Source: Meyerozyma guilliermondii | Taxonomy: Eukaryota | NCBI GenBank assembly: GCA_051546255.1 | Contig: CP128817.1 | Location: 1,550,001 to 1,614,000 of the forward strand | Direction of reading: 5' to 3' | Length of the DNA stretch: 64,000 nt | Part shown: in pieces, positions 10,596-20,398 of the stretch | How the letters are laid out: every line of letters starts with the position of its first letter | Position numbering within the stretch: position 1 is the stretch's first letter | Position numbers and translations under genes: made by a program | Notes under the pieces: generated by a model | The model's database searches: none | Seen by the model: only the letters and a program-made list of their open reading frames with translations | What the model was told of the DNA's origin: nothing

Positions 10596-12959
10596 TCATG
10601 TTGTCTGCTTCTGCTTTTCCTGCTTTGCGTCCTGCTGTCGATAACTTTCCTCCAACGCTACATACTTATTCACCTCGTCGGTATAATCCACATAGTTATT
10701 GTGAATGTAATACTCGAATGGCTCCACGAGCATGGGCTGGAAATCGGGCGCATTGTTCACCAATTTCTCGCTCGACTTTCCAAATGAAAGTCGCATTATT
10801 TCTTCTTCATGGAATGCGGTGAAATGCTGTGTGGTGTAGTAATACATAAACACATCGTCTTTTTGCAAGAATTCGAGTAGGTCTTCCGAGCGGAACTTCA
10901 TGACTTTTTCAATATCCTCGTCGGTGAGCTTGACTTCTTTGGCAGGAACAATTTTATCTCCTTGTTTGACTCCGTGTTTCTTTTCGTCTTCGGTGTATTC
11001 ATAATTGTTTTCGTCAAACTTGACGTCGCCGTTTCCCAACGACTCGGCGTACTCGATGTTGTAATTGTGATATTTGTTCCATTTTTCTCGGTCGTTGAGA
11101 AAGTAAAAGAGATCGTACTCTTTGAGCCACAATCGAAGCTGCGGAAGAAAAACATGGCCCTGGAACGTTTTACTCAACAATCCACGAGAGTATTCCGCCT
11201 GGAGAATGCCTGTGTATCCCCGTGGCACATATCCGATTTCACCTTCGACGAAAGTTTTCACCATGGGCGAAAGTTCGTCTAGCGACGAAAAATGGTTGTT
11301 GCGACAATTATAAGTTTTCAACTGTTTGTTGGCTTCGAAATGTTTTTCCTTCAAGTCTTCTGGAAGATTAGCCCGGTACCGGTCCGGTGGCCGTGTGTTT
11401 GAAAGCGCTAAGCCAGTAATGTCGACGTAAAGTCCGGTATCGACATCGATGAATCTCGCATCGATATTGTTCTCTCCGTTGCCTTTTTCACGCAACGTGA
11501 TAAAGGTTCCACAGTCCAAAAAGTACCGTCCATACCCGTCCTCGGTATCCTCCACGATAAACGTTTGGTTATGGTGGAGCGAGAGCTTGTGCAAGTCCAT
11601 TATGGGCACCTGGACATCCACATCGTTGTCCCATGGAAATGCAAATCCGTTCCAGTACCATGATAATAACGATCCATGAGCTACCCAGGTGGTGATACCC
11701 ACTTTGCGGCAAAAGGAGAGCCATGTTCGAACGAGCCGGTGCAAAACAAGCGTCTGTTCATAAGTTCCGTACATCACTCCGTTGAAAAATCTCCAGTCGT
11801 AGTGGTCTCCCAACGTTGTTCCGTGAAGTCGGGCCTCGGCAAAGTACTTGGGAGGACCTCCGTTCAGCGCCACGGCTGCGGCAGAGTACTTGAGCGACTG
11901 GTAGTAGCGCAATTCCAGTTTGGAAAGCTGTTTTCCTCCAAGAATTTTGGTCTCGTATTCATTAATAATTTCCTGCCATTTGAAATGAAACGACTCCTCT
12001 GGAATCTCCACCTCGTAAGCGGTAATTATGTCCTCTTTGTTTGAAGGAACTTTCCGTTGAAGTGATTTAAATTCTTTGGCAATGTTAATGCTGCTCGCAT
12101 GGGTGTCTTTCACATACTCCTCCACGAGTCCCGAGTCCAATAATTTCTTTCTGCTATTGGTGGCCACGTCGTAGTAGCCGTCTTTGGTCAAAAAGTACAT
12201 TCTTGATGGTGGAGGAGCAAATGTGTAAAGGTAAGATTGGCCCGCCAATATTGCTTGTGAGGAAGTGGACCGTCCAGGATTGGTGAAAACGTTGAATCCG
12301 GGCCGGATAGAGTTACCGTCGTCGTGGCTGAACAGGATATCGTCTCCTGAAATGCAAAAAGTAGCCGGGTCCGGGCCCTTATTTTCGTTTTTGTCATTTT
12401 CTGGCCGAGCATCGACAAGTTCGCAGCCGCCTTTATTGGCTGGATTGGCCAAAAGATACTTGTTGAGCACCGACATGTCGAGCCAGTCGTACCAGTGGAA
12501 CGGCACCGACACCAACCCGCGATGGTCCTTTGCCATTTGTTTTTTGATGTGGTGATAGTAAACGCCGATGGTGAACCGAGGATCAAACGGCTGGATCGAC
12601 GGTTTTTGCGAATCGGAAGATCTGTAAAAAAAAGGGATTTCGATCTCCGGCTCGGCGATCTTGGTGTTGAGTCTCCAGAACTTGTTTTCGACATCGGTTT
12701 CAACTTTGGTGTGGTACAAGTTCTCGACACTTTTTGCCAATGCAGCATCGGGATCTCCAACGGTCACCGACGACAACCGAGATGCGAGCGAGTCGATGGA
12801 AGATACCTTGATGGCGCTTATTTGTGGAACTATATCGGATTTGACCGAAACCAACGACAAGAAAGAAAGCAGAACGAGAAAGGCAAGCGCCAAGATGGCG
12901 GCGGTGTGAAGTTTTTTCCTCGAAAGCTTGGCGAGGTTAAAGTTGGAAAAAGTGAACAT
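10596..12959 (-). CDS. Mnn4-family LicD/fukutin-like mannosylphosphorylation protein (type II membrane)
   Basis: N-terminal TM, PFHWYDWLD, HYDWRFF, WVAHGSLLSWYWNG..PWDNDVDVQ (LicD DxD), IDARFID. One of several MNN4 paralogs. Confidence 0.9.
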   Translation of the reverse strand: MFTFSNFNLAKLSRKKLHTAAILALAFLVLLSFLSLVSVKSDIVPQISAIKVSSIDSLASRLSSVTVGDPDAALAKSVENLYHTKVETDVENKFWRLNTKIAEPEIEIPFFYRSSDSQKPSIQPFDPRFTIGVYYHHIKKQMAKDHRGLVSVPFHWYDWLDMSVLNKYLLANPANKGGCELVDARPENDKNENKGPDPATFCISGDDILFSHDDGNSIRPGFNVFTNPGRSTSSQAILAGQSYLYTFAPPPSRMYFLTKDGYYDVATNSRKKLLDSGLVEEYVKDTHASSINIAKEFKSLQRKVPSNKEDIITAYEVEIPEESFHFKWQEIINEYETKILGGKQLSKLELRYYQSLKYSAAAVALNGGPPKYFAEARLHGTTLGDHYDWRFFNGVMYGTYEQTLVLHRLVRTWLSFCRKVGITTWVAHGSLLSWYWNGFAFPWDNDVDVQVPIMDLHKLSLHHNQTFIVEDTEDGYGRYFLDCGTFITLREKGNGENNIDARFIDVDTGLYVDITGLALSNTRPPDRYRANLPEDLKEKHFEANKQLKTYNCRNNHFSSLDELSPMVKTFVEGEIGYVPRGYTGILQAEYSRGLLSKTFQGHVFLPQLRLWLKEYDLFYFLNDREKWNKYHNYNIEYAESLGNGDVKFDENNYEYTEDEKKHGVKQGDKIVPAKEVKLTDEDIEKVMKFRSEDLLEFLQKDDVFMYYYTTQHFTAFHEEEIMRLSFGKSSEKLVNNAPDFQPMLVEPFEYYIHNNYVDYTDEVNKYVALEESYRQQDAKQEKQKQTT

Positions 12960-14614
12960 GACGATGACTGAGCAATTTGAGGAAAGGAGTTCTTGGGTAC
13001 AATATGGTTTAATTTGGTTCTTGGTTCAATATTTGGTTCAATAATGCTTTGTTTAAGTACAGTCAATGCTTGAACGTCGATGAAAAAGATAACTTCAGGT
13101 TGAATGAAAATGCAATTTGTCGTCTAATATTTGATGCTGTTGAATATGTGAGTGTCTATTTGTACGAGTGCAAGCCGTTCAGTATGAATAGCCACGAATA
13201 TCCACGACGGTCCATGCAAATAAAAACGAAAGAATAGATAGAAAAAGTCTCCCCTCAAAACTTTTGGTCGCGCGATCGATTATGAGCCAGGAGTGCGACG
13301 GCGGAGACCTGCGGCATGACACAAACTAAATTTTTAACAGCTACAGAAAGTTGCCGCGGATCCGCAGTAGTGTCCGCAGTAGTGGCGGAGGTAGTGAAGA
13401 GTGCCGAAAGAGTTTGCATAAGCATTTGTGCATATTATTGAAACTTCTTTTGGGTGCCGTACATAGAAAATAGTGGAGAAAAAGAAATAAAGTGATCCAC
13501 AAGTTGTATACACTCTTGGTCACAAGACTGTTTCCAAGCAAATTTGAAAGTGTATGGCATCAGATTGCGGTTGCATGCTTAAAAATCTGCATTATAGTAC
13601 ATCGCCCCTCGTGAAAAGCTGCACAGTTATTAGGATGTGTTCCCGATTTACGAGAACTAAGCCTGCCTGCATGCATCGAGGCTAATGCTGTGCAGGTAAT
13701 CTCGGAGATGCAAAAAATATTCGGACTGAAGTTGAATTACTACTAGGGTGAATTGAAGGTTACTATTTGATATTTATTTAAAGTTCATTTGGTAGTACCA
13801 TTTGGTCTTGGTGCTGAGGCTGGAATTCAAGTTGGTAGTGTATTCTGATCTACTGACTTCGCAGTGTTTGACACATTTGTGCTGCACGATACTAAACTGT
13901 AACTCAATGTTAAGCTTTTTTTGACAGACTTTTGGATTGTCTTCTATGTAACCTGACCACTTGTGAGTGGTGCTGGCTTCAAAACTTCTTCTGAAAACCA
14001 TCAATTGCCTTAAAGTTTGGCTGCAAAATGCGGCCGTACCTGCTTCAAGAGATACGAAAAGAGGTCAATTTCCGAGCCTAAAGTTGAACAATTTTGAAGC
14101 TGGGCAAACTAAGAACAAGGAACCAAAATCCTTCAAGAAAGCTCGGCTACTACGTCTGTAGATTACGAATTTCAGCCTGCCTTAATGAGAATAACCTCTA
14201 CTGTAACTCTGATTTCTTATAATCCTGACCATTAAAAGATCATCGCCAAAGTTGTACAATCGCCTTTCATCGTCCAAGGTTTTATAACATTTCAGCAAAA
14301 ACTTAAGTGTTGCAACTCCAATATATCTGCGAAGAGAGTTCTGAAGACCAGAAAGTCATAATAAGGCAAAGAAAAATTTGGTCAAACACTCAATATTTCT
14401 AGCTTCAATTTCGAGAAGAAACCGCAATATTAGACAAAATCAATTCAAATAGTCAACTAGGTTGGTGGAGAGAATCACAGAATCAAGACAAAACATTCGG
14501 CCCTAAATATTGACGGTTTTCCTTCAAACTCCATTTAATTCAAGTTTACCGTTCTCATCTCCGTCATCTCCGAACTCTGTCTTCTTTTAAAATCCTTGCT
14601 TTGAACTCTCATCT

Positions 14615-14695
14615 CTAAACTTTACTGTCTTCTAAACTTCTCTGTCTTTAACTTTCTCTGTCTTAAATTTCACCGTCTAAAATTTCACCGTTTTT
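14615..14695. repeat. Degenerate ~15-16-bp tandem repeat, about 5 units
   Basis: aaactttactgtcttct / aaacttctctgtcttt / aactttctctgtctt / aaatttcaccgtct / aaaatttcaccgttt. Confidence 0.65.
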
Positions 14696-14972
14696 TCAGA
14701 CTGAAGCACCAGAAACCTAGAGTCACCCTACGAACGAGGAAACAACATTCAATGCAGAAGAAATCAAAAGATGTAGAAATAAAGAACTCAAAATGAAATA
14801 CAAGAATTAAAACTGAAACCCCAAAAAATGGAAGTGAAACCACAAAACTAAACTAACACCATGACCAAGACTTACCGCGCCAAGCAATCATCCCAAACGA
14901 TCTGCATGGTTTATCATTCTGCATGCTCGTATGCTCTTTCTTTGGTGCTAGTTACGATTTTCCTGTGTCTAG

Positions 14973-15081
14973 TTATCTCGGCCAATCCCGAGGCGCGCGG
15001 AGCGATCCTTCCCCATTCGGCGGCGATAAGGTCGCAGAAATCTTGTGTCTGGGAAGTCGCACGCTAGCTTATCTTGATAAG
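14973..15081. promoter_or_regulatory. Ppr1/UaY-type site plus GATA (nitrogen catabolite repression) cluster upstream of the purine permease
   Basis: TCGG-CCAATC-CCGA at 14978-14991, TTATCT at 14973, GATAAG at 15025, CTTATC-TT-GATAAG at 15068-15081, and a further CTTATC at 15312. Confidence 0.7.
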
Positions 15082-15420
15082 TCCGGTAGCGAGCGAGCTT
15101 AATGGGGAACCGAGATCAACGATAACAATATCATTGTCTTAACTGGTTTCTTCTATTCAGTCCTTTCTCTTCAATTTATTCTTTCAATTTATTCTGTTCT
15201 TCTTTTTCTTTTTCTTTTTTTCTTCTTTTCCTCTTTTCTCTTCTTGTCTTTTTGTCTTTTCCTTTTAGTCCCCTTGTTATCCGTCTCGCGGACCTCCCCG
15301 ACCGCCCCGTCCTTATCTTTCCTGCACAGCGCCGCGCCCGGTGGGGTCCAAAATTCGAGCAAGATAAAAGCTCTCATTCGCACCTGTTGCAGTCATTCCT
15401 ACGCTTCAGTTCCCCGTACG

Positions 15421-17151
15421 ATGATCAACGGTCAGACTGTCGCCGCCGCAGGCAAGCGTATTGTGCGCAAGTGGACCACCAAAGAAGGGTTGTTTGGTGA
15501 TTATGACTACAAATATTTATTCGTTCCTGACATTCCCTTCTCCAAAAAAGTTCCCAAAACCCAGCCGTTTTTCGGGTTAAATTCAGACATGCCTATAGTA
15601 TTGGGGTTCATCTTGGGGTTCCAGCACTCGTTATCGATGTTGGCTGGTGTGGTAACACCTCCTCTTATCATTGGTGGAACCGCAAACTTGTCCGATGAGA
15701 TCACCGAATATTTGGTTTCCGTTTCCCTCATTGTTTCCGGGCTTTTATCATGTATTCAAATCACCCGGTTCCACATATACGGCACCCCGTACTACATAGG
15801 CACTGGTTTGCTCTCGGTGGTGGGCACGTCGTTTGCCACCATCACCATTGTCACCAAAGCTATCCCACAAATGTACGCCGACGGCTTCTGCAAAACTGTC
15901 GATGGCGTTCCCCAGCCGTGTCCTGAGGCTTACGGAAGAATCTTGGCGTCAGCTATAGTGTGCTCGCTTCTTGAAATGTTCCTTTCGTTTTGTCCGCCCC
16001 GCATATTGCAAAAGGCATTTCCACCAATTGTCACCGGTCCAGTGGTTTTTTTGATCGGTGCGCACTTGGTAGAAACCGGACTCGAGGACTGGGTCGGTGG
16101 GTCTGGATGCATGACAGATTCCAACGGGAACGTCCCTGGCATGTGTGGAGACGCCCATGTGTTGCCATGGGGTTCAGCCCAGTTTGTGGGGTTGGGTTTT
16201 TTGGTTTATGTCACCATCATCATCGCGGAAAGATGGGGCTCGCCAATCATGAAATCGTGTGCGGTTATCGTCGGTTTGCTTGTCGGTTGTATCGTGGCTG
16301 CCGCATGCGGATACTTTTCTCACGCCTCCATTGACGCTGCGCCGGCCGCCACGTTCATGTGGGTGCATACTTTCAAGCTCGAAGTGTACGGTCCGGTAAT
16401 TCTTCCGTTTTTGGCCGTCTATATTGTTTTGATGATGGAGGCGATTGGAGATATCACCGCTACTTCTGATGTCTCCAGGTTGGAAGTGGAGGGAGAATTG
16501 TACGACTCGCGGATCCAGGGCGGAATTTTGGCCGATGGGCTCAACGGTATGATTTCGGGGTTGATGACGGTGACTCCCATGTCGACATTTGCCCAGAATA
16601 ACGGTGTGATTTCCATCACCAAATGTGCCAACAGAAGGGTTGGATACTGGTGTGCATTTTTCATGATTGTTATGGGAATTTTTTCCAAATTTGCAGCCGC
16701 CATTGTATCCATTCCTAAAGCGGTTCTTGGTGGTATGACGACATTTTTGTTCACATCGGTGACGGTTTCTGGTATCAAGATCATTTCCACCACCGAGTTC
16801 ACCAGAAGAGACAGGTTCTTGTTGACGGCGTCGTTATTGCCCGGACTTGGTGCTACTTTGGTACCCAATTGGTTCTCGTTTGTGTTCACGTACGGTGGAG
16901 ACAATAAAGCATTAAAGGGATTTTTGGATGCTATAGTTTTGGTTATGGAGACCGGATTTGCCGTCACCGGTTTCTTGGGTATCTTTTTGAACTTACTTTT
17001 GCCTCAAGTGGAGGATGAAGTGGAGGAAATCAACGAGGTGGTTTTGGAGACGGTGGGGTCCGCCGACCAAAGAGGAATGGAATTGTACGCACAAAAAGAA
17101 GGCATGAAGTTGGAGTCTATCCGGTCACGACAGATGACGTCGTCTCAATAA
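15421..17151 (+). CDS. NCS2/NAT-family xanthine/uric acid permease (UapA/UapC/Xut1-like)
   Basis: GFQH motif in TM1, NAT signature FAQNNGVISITKCANRR, many TM helices. First ATG is 15421; the track starts at an upstream TTG. Confidence 0.93.
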   Translation: MINGQTVAAAGKRIVRKWTTKEGLFGDYDYKYLFVPDIPFSKKVPKTQPFFGLNSDMPIVLGFILGFQHSLSMLAGVVTPPLIIGGTANLSDEITEYLVSVSLIVSGLLSCIQITRFHIYGTPYYIGTGLLSVVGTSFATITIVTKAIPQMYADGFCKTVDGVPQPCPEAYGRILASAIVCSLLEMFLSFCPPRILQKAFPPIVTGPVVFLIGAHLVETGLEDWVGGSGCMTDSNGNVPGMCGDAHVLPWGSAQFVGLGFLVYVTIIIAERWGSPIMKSCAVIVGLLVGCIVAAACGYFSHASIDAAPAATFMWVHTFKLEVYGPVILPFLAVYIVLMMEAIGDITATSDVSRLEVEGELYDSRIQGGILADGLNGMISGLMTVTPMSTFAQNNGVISITKCANRRVGYWCAFFMIVMGIFSKFAAAIVSIPKAVLGGMTTFLFTSVTVSGIKIISTTEFTRRDRFLLTASLLPGLGATLVPNWFSFVFTYGGDNKALKGFLDAIVLVMETGFAVTGFLGIFLNLLLPQVEDEVEEINEVVLETVGSADQRGMELYAQKEGMKLESIRSRQMTSSQ

Positions 17152-17335
17152 AGAGAAAGAATAAAAGAGAATAAAGAGAATACGAAAGAAAATAAAGAAG
17201 ACATTACAAGTGAGATATCTTATATCAGATGTAGATTTATCAGATCACCTAGCATGCGCCGCGCGCCCGTGCACCACCACTACATGCCGCGGTCTTTAGT
17301 GCATTATTTCTCTTCCTATTTGCTTGTTGATTTTT

Positions 17336-18265
17336 ATGACTATTGCTTCTATCGCTCCCATTGCCGGGGAAAAGCGCGGCTCCATTCCCCTCACCACTTT
17401 GCTTCGTCTTAACCATGCATTACAAAAGTCCATTTTTTCTAGAAAATTTTATCAGCAAATCAGCGATAAGGTGCTCGCTTCCACGGCAACTGTAGATGCC
17501 AATCTTTATTTTATTTGCTACTTCACCCTCTTGGTGTCGAGTGTGCTCAACAACAAACCGCAAATTAGGTTTTTTCTTGCACAAAGAAAGCACCAATTGC
17601 TTCAACTTTTGCGCCGGGCTGTTGCAGCCACCATGGGTTCCGATCTTCGTCAGTCGCTGAATAAAAAAGTTGCTGAGGTCTTTCTGGGTGAGAAACCTAG
17701 CTGGTCCCAGTATGAGCACAAGGGCGAAAAGCCGGTTTCGTCACTTGCTGTTCATTTGAAGGCAATTTCGTCGTACTTGCTGGATATTCGAATTTTCAAC
17801 CGGCTCACAGACTCCATAAAATATATGCCGTGGATCATCGATGAGTTCGCTGCCATGGTGAAACCGGGAGATTCGGTTCCACGGTCGCATCGCGTGGTCA
17901 ACTTTGTCCAGTCGATCAATTGTTTGGTATTGGAATTGTTCGAAAATGCTGGTTGGTTGACCGACCATAATTGGGTAGGAACCGGTGACAACGACTACTG
18001 GTGCATGGAGACCTACATATGGTGCTCGCGCGTGTGGGGACTCTACTTGGTTTTAGAGGTGGTGGAGTTGTTTAGAAGGGTTCCCATCAGTAAATGGGAC
18101 GCCAATTGGCGTCTTAGTTTGTTCAAGCAGGTGGTTCAGCTTCCATTGGTGGTGCACTGGTCTTTGCGTGAAGGGTGTCTTTCGCCGTTCTGGGTGGGTC
18201 TTTTCGGATCCGGTGCGTCGTGGTGGGGCTTCCGGGACTTGTGGGGGTCTATAGACTTGAGCTAA
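17336..18265 (+). CDS. Probable Pex11-family peroxisomal membrane protein (Pex11C/Pex36-like)
   Basis: D.RIFNRL, FENAGWL, WCSRVW and C-terminal LPLVVHWS...VGLFG pattern recalled from fungal Pex11C-type proteins. ATG at 17336. Confidence 0.6.
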   Translation: MTIASIAPIAGEKRGSIPLTTLLRLNHALQKSIFSRKFYQQISDKVLASTATVDANLYFICYFTLLVSSVLNNKPQIRFFLAQRKHQLLQLLRRAVAATMGSDLRQSLNKKVAEVFLGEKPSWSQYEHKGEKPVSSLAVHLKAISSYLLDIRIFNRLTDSIKYMPWIIDEFAAMVKPGDSVPRSHRVVNFVQSINCLVLELFENAGWLTDHNWVGTGDNDYWCMETYIWCSRVWGLYLVLEVVELFRRVPISKWDANWRLSLFKQVVQLPLVVHWSLREGCLSPFWVGLFGSGASWWGFRDLWGSIDLS

Positions 18266-18403
18266 ACTTCGATGGGCTAGATTTGAGCAAGATTTGATGG
18301 GCTGGATTTGATGGGTAGAATTGAGCTGGATTTGATGCTAATGGTCTGGTGCACCGGTGCACAAACGGCTGCATCGCAATGCGCTCCGGCGGTTTCTTCA
18401 TGA

Positions 18404-19330
18404 ATGGCGACGCCTCGAGAAGACCACCTCAAAAAGGGAGCCACGGCGCTGGTATACCACACGTTGGTGGCCGGGTCTGTGTCCGGGGCGGTAGCTAGGT
18501 AGGTATCATACTTGCAAACCTGAAATTTTGACAACTCTTACTAACTCAGAGCGGTTACCGCGCCGTTGGATACAGTAAAGATTCGGCTTCAACTCCTGAA
18601 CAAGAGTTTGGGTGCCCACGATGGGCTTCGACAGACGGTGGTGCGCATATTCAAAAACGAGGGCATCAGGGCTTTTTGGAAGGGAAATGTTCCGGCGGAG
18701 ATCATGTACATTCTTTACGGCGCAACCCAATTCACCTCCTATAGCATGTTCAGTAAGGCATTGACAGAGCTCGAGACAACATACGGCTTCAACTTGCGAC
18801 CTTCCAACCACCTGTTAATTGTGGGAACCTCGGCAGGTTTGACAAGTCTTATCGTCACCTATCCATTTGACCTATTACGAACAAGATTAGCAGCCAACTC
18901 CGAGCGCCATTTCTTATCCATGACCGCAGTTATCAAGCAAGTAAGAGCTTCTGGTGGTTTGGCAGGGCTCTATATGGGCGCTAAACCTACATTACTTTCG
19001 TTGGGCTTGAATTCTGGGTTAATGTTCTGGACTTACGAAATCGCTCGTGAAGTTTCGGCCCAGTATAAGGATAATATACCGTTCATTGAAGGGTTCTGTG
19101 GCTTCTTTGCCGGTGCATCATCCAAGGGGATCACTTTTCCTCTCGATACACTTCGCAAGCGGATGCAAATGCGTTCAAGTAAGACGCTGATAATCGGGCT
19201 CGCAAGAACAATTTTGCGGCGAGAGGGCTTATTTGGGTTCTACAAGGGCTTTGGCATCAGCTTGATCAAGACAGCACCCACGAGCGCTGTTTCGTTGTTC
19301 GTGTACGAGGTGGTGCTTAACGGGATGTAG
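18404..19330 (+). CDS. TPC1: Mitochondrial thiamine pyrophosphate carrier, 2 exons (18404-18498, 18550-19330), 291 aa
   Basis: Splicing joins ...[21 protein letters not shown]. Three PxD/ExxK/R carrier repeats and the Tpc1-like [16 protein letters not shown]. Confidence 0.9.
18499..18549 (+). other. 51-nt spliceosomal intron of TPC1
   Basis: 5' GTAGGT, branch TACTAAC at 18539-18545, 3' TCAG. An in-frame TAG follows if the intron is retained. Confidence 0.9.
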
Positions 19331-19380
19331 AAGAGAAGAAGAAAAAGAGAAGAGTGACAGAATGAATTAACTACTTGAGA

Positions 19381-19429
19381 GTATTCGTCACTTGAAGGTA
19401 TCGTCACTTGAAGAGGTACTCGTCACTCG
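19381..19429. repeat. Three copies of a ~16-17-bp repeat spanning a stop codon
   Basis: gtattcgtcacttgaag / gtatcgtcacttgaag / ag / gtactcgtcactcg. Confidence 0.8.
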
Positions 19430-20327
19430 TGGCGTTTACCGTGATAAAGTCGTCTTCTTCGTCTTCTTCGTCTTCTTCGTTCGCAGGCTCACCTAATCCT
19501 CTCATATATTTGGTGAACAGACCGGGCAGAATGTATTCTCGGTCCTCAGATGTTCGACTTTCGGATACCGACGCCGAACCATTGCTGCTTGGTTTGTGGG
19601 GCATGTTGGCGTAAATCGACTGGGAATTGGCAACAAGGTTGTCGAGGCGGCTCTTTCCGGGGGTAGACGTTCCACTCGAATGTTTATGGGTTTCTTCCAG
19701 AGATTTGTAGCTTTCCGGTGTTCGTTCCGCAAGCTGTTTTCGTATATAGCTCGGCAACGTTTCGTCCACCAAAGACAGTCGTCTTTTTGTGGTGGTGCTC
19801 GAACTTTTGTGGTTTTGTCTTAGCTTGTCCAGAAAGTCTCGGATGGTATTTTTAAATGTAAAGTGCTTAGAGACCACCGGAATTGCGGTGTTTGTAGTGA
19901 TATTTACCGAGCTCATTGCGGTTTCCGGGGGTTTCCGCAAGCTCAGGGATTTTAATGATCTTTGTTTCTTGACATCTAGAAGTCCTAGCGACATTCGTTT
20001 CTGAGTTTTCGTCAATTTTGGCATTGGTGGACGAACAATTTCCGGCTCTTTGGACATCACAAACGTCTCTAGGCCGAGATCTCGAATATTCTGCTCTGCT
20101 GCCGTCGTCGCTGACTCAATTCTGCTCCAATACCCAAGTTCAAATGGATTTAAGAGCATCGGAAGAAAAACTTGTTCATCAAAAAAAGCATCAGCATCGA
20201 GCTGAACTATATCTGGATCATTTCCAGCAGCCAACTTGGTCCATTCAGCATCGGAGTATGCCTGGAACGGGTCCAGCAGCTTCAATATGGGCAGCAATTG
20301 TTTTTCTAGCGAAACTTTCGCTATCAT
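19404..20327 (-). CDS. Hypothetical 307-aa protein with basic/Ser-rich middle and acidic C-terminus
   Basis: Long ATG-initiated ORF with protein-like composition. No family recognised. Confidence 0.7.
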   Translation of the reverse strand: MIAKVSLEKQLLPILKLLDPFQAYSDAEWTKLAAGNDPDIVQLDADAFFDEQVFLPMLLNPFELGYWSRIESATTAAEQNIRDLGLETFVMSKEPEIVRPPMPKLTKTQKRMSLGLLDVKKQRSLKSLSLRKPPETAMSSVNITTNTAIPVVSKHFTFKNTIRDFLDKLRQNHKSSSTTTKRRLSLVDETLPSYIRKQLAERTPESYKSLEETHKHSSGTSTPGKSRLDNLVANSQSIYANMPHKPSSNGSASVSESRTSEDREYILPGLFTKYMRGLGEPANEEDEEDEEDDFITVNATSDEYLFK

Positions 20328-20398
20328 TTGTGAAGAGTTTAATCAATTCTCAAAATGATTTCCCGCGAATTCTTATCGCGCGAAGTCTTCACGGTGCC

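Noticed and set aside
12960..14900. Possible LTR, transposon remnant or pseudogene in the long intergenic gap
   Set aside because: No TG...CA element with target-site duplication, no terminal repeats and no recognisable gag/pol/transposase peptide by eye.
15244..15420. N-terminal extension of the purine permease
   Set aside because: TTG start inside a pyrimidine tract and promoter with GATA sites. The first ATG is 15421.
20018..20398. 127-aa N-terminal extension of MLH3 in the ORF track
   Set aside because: It starts at a non-ATG codon and overlaps the opposite-strand gene. MutL homology begins at ATG 20399.
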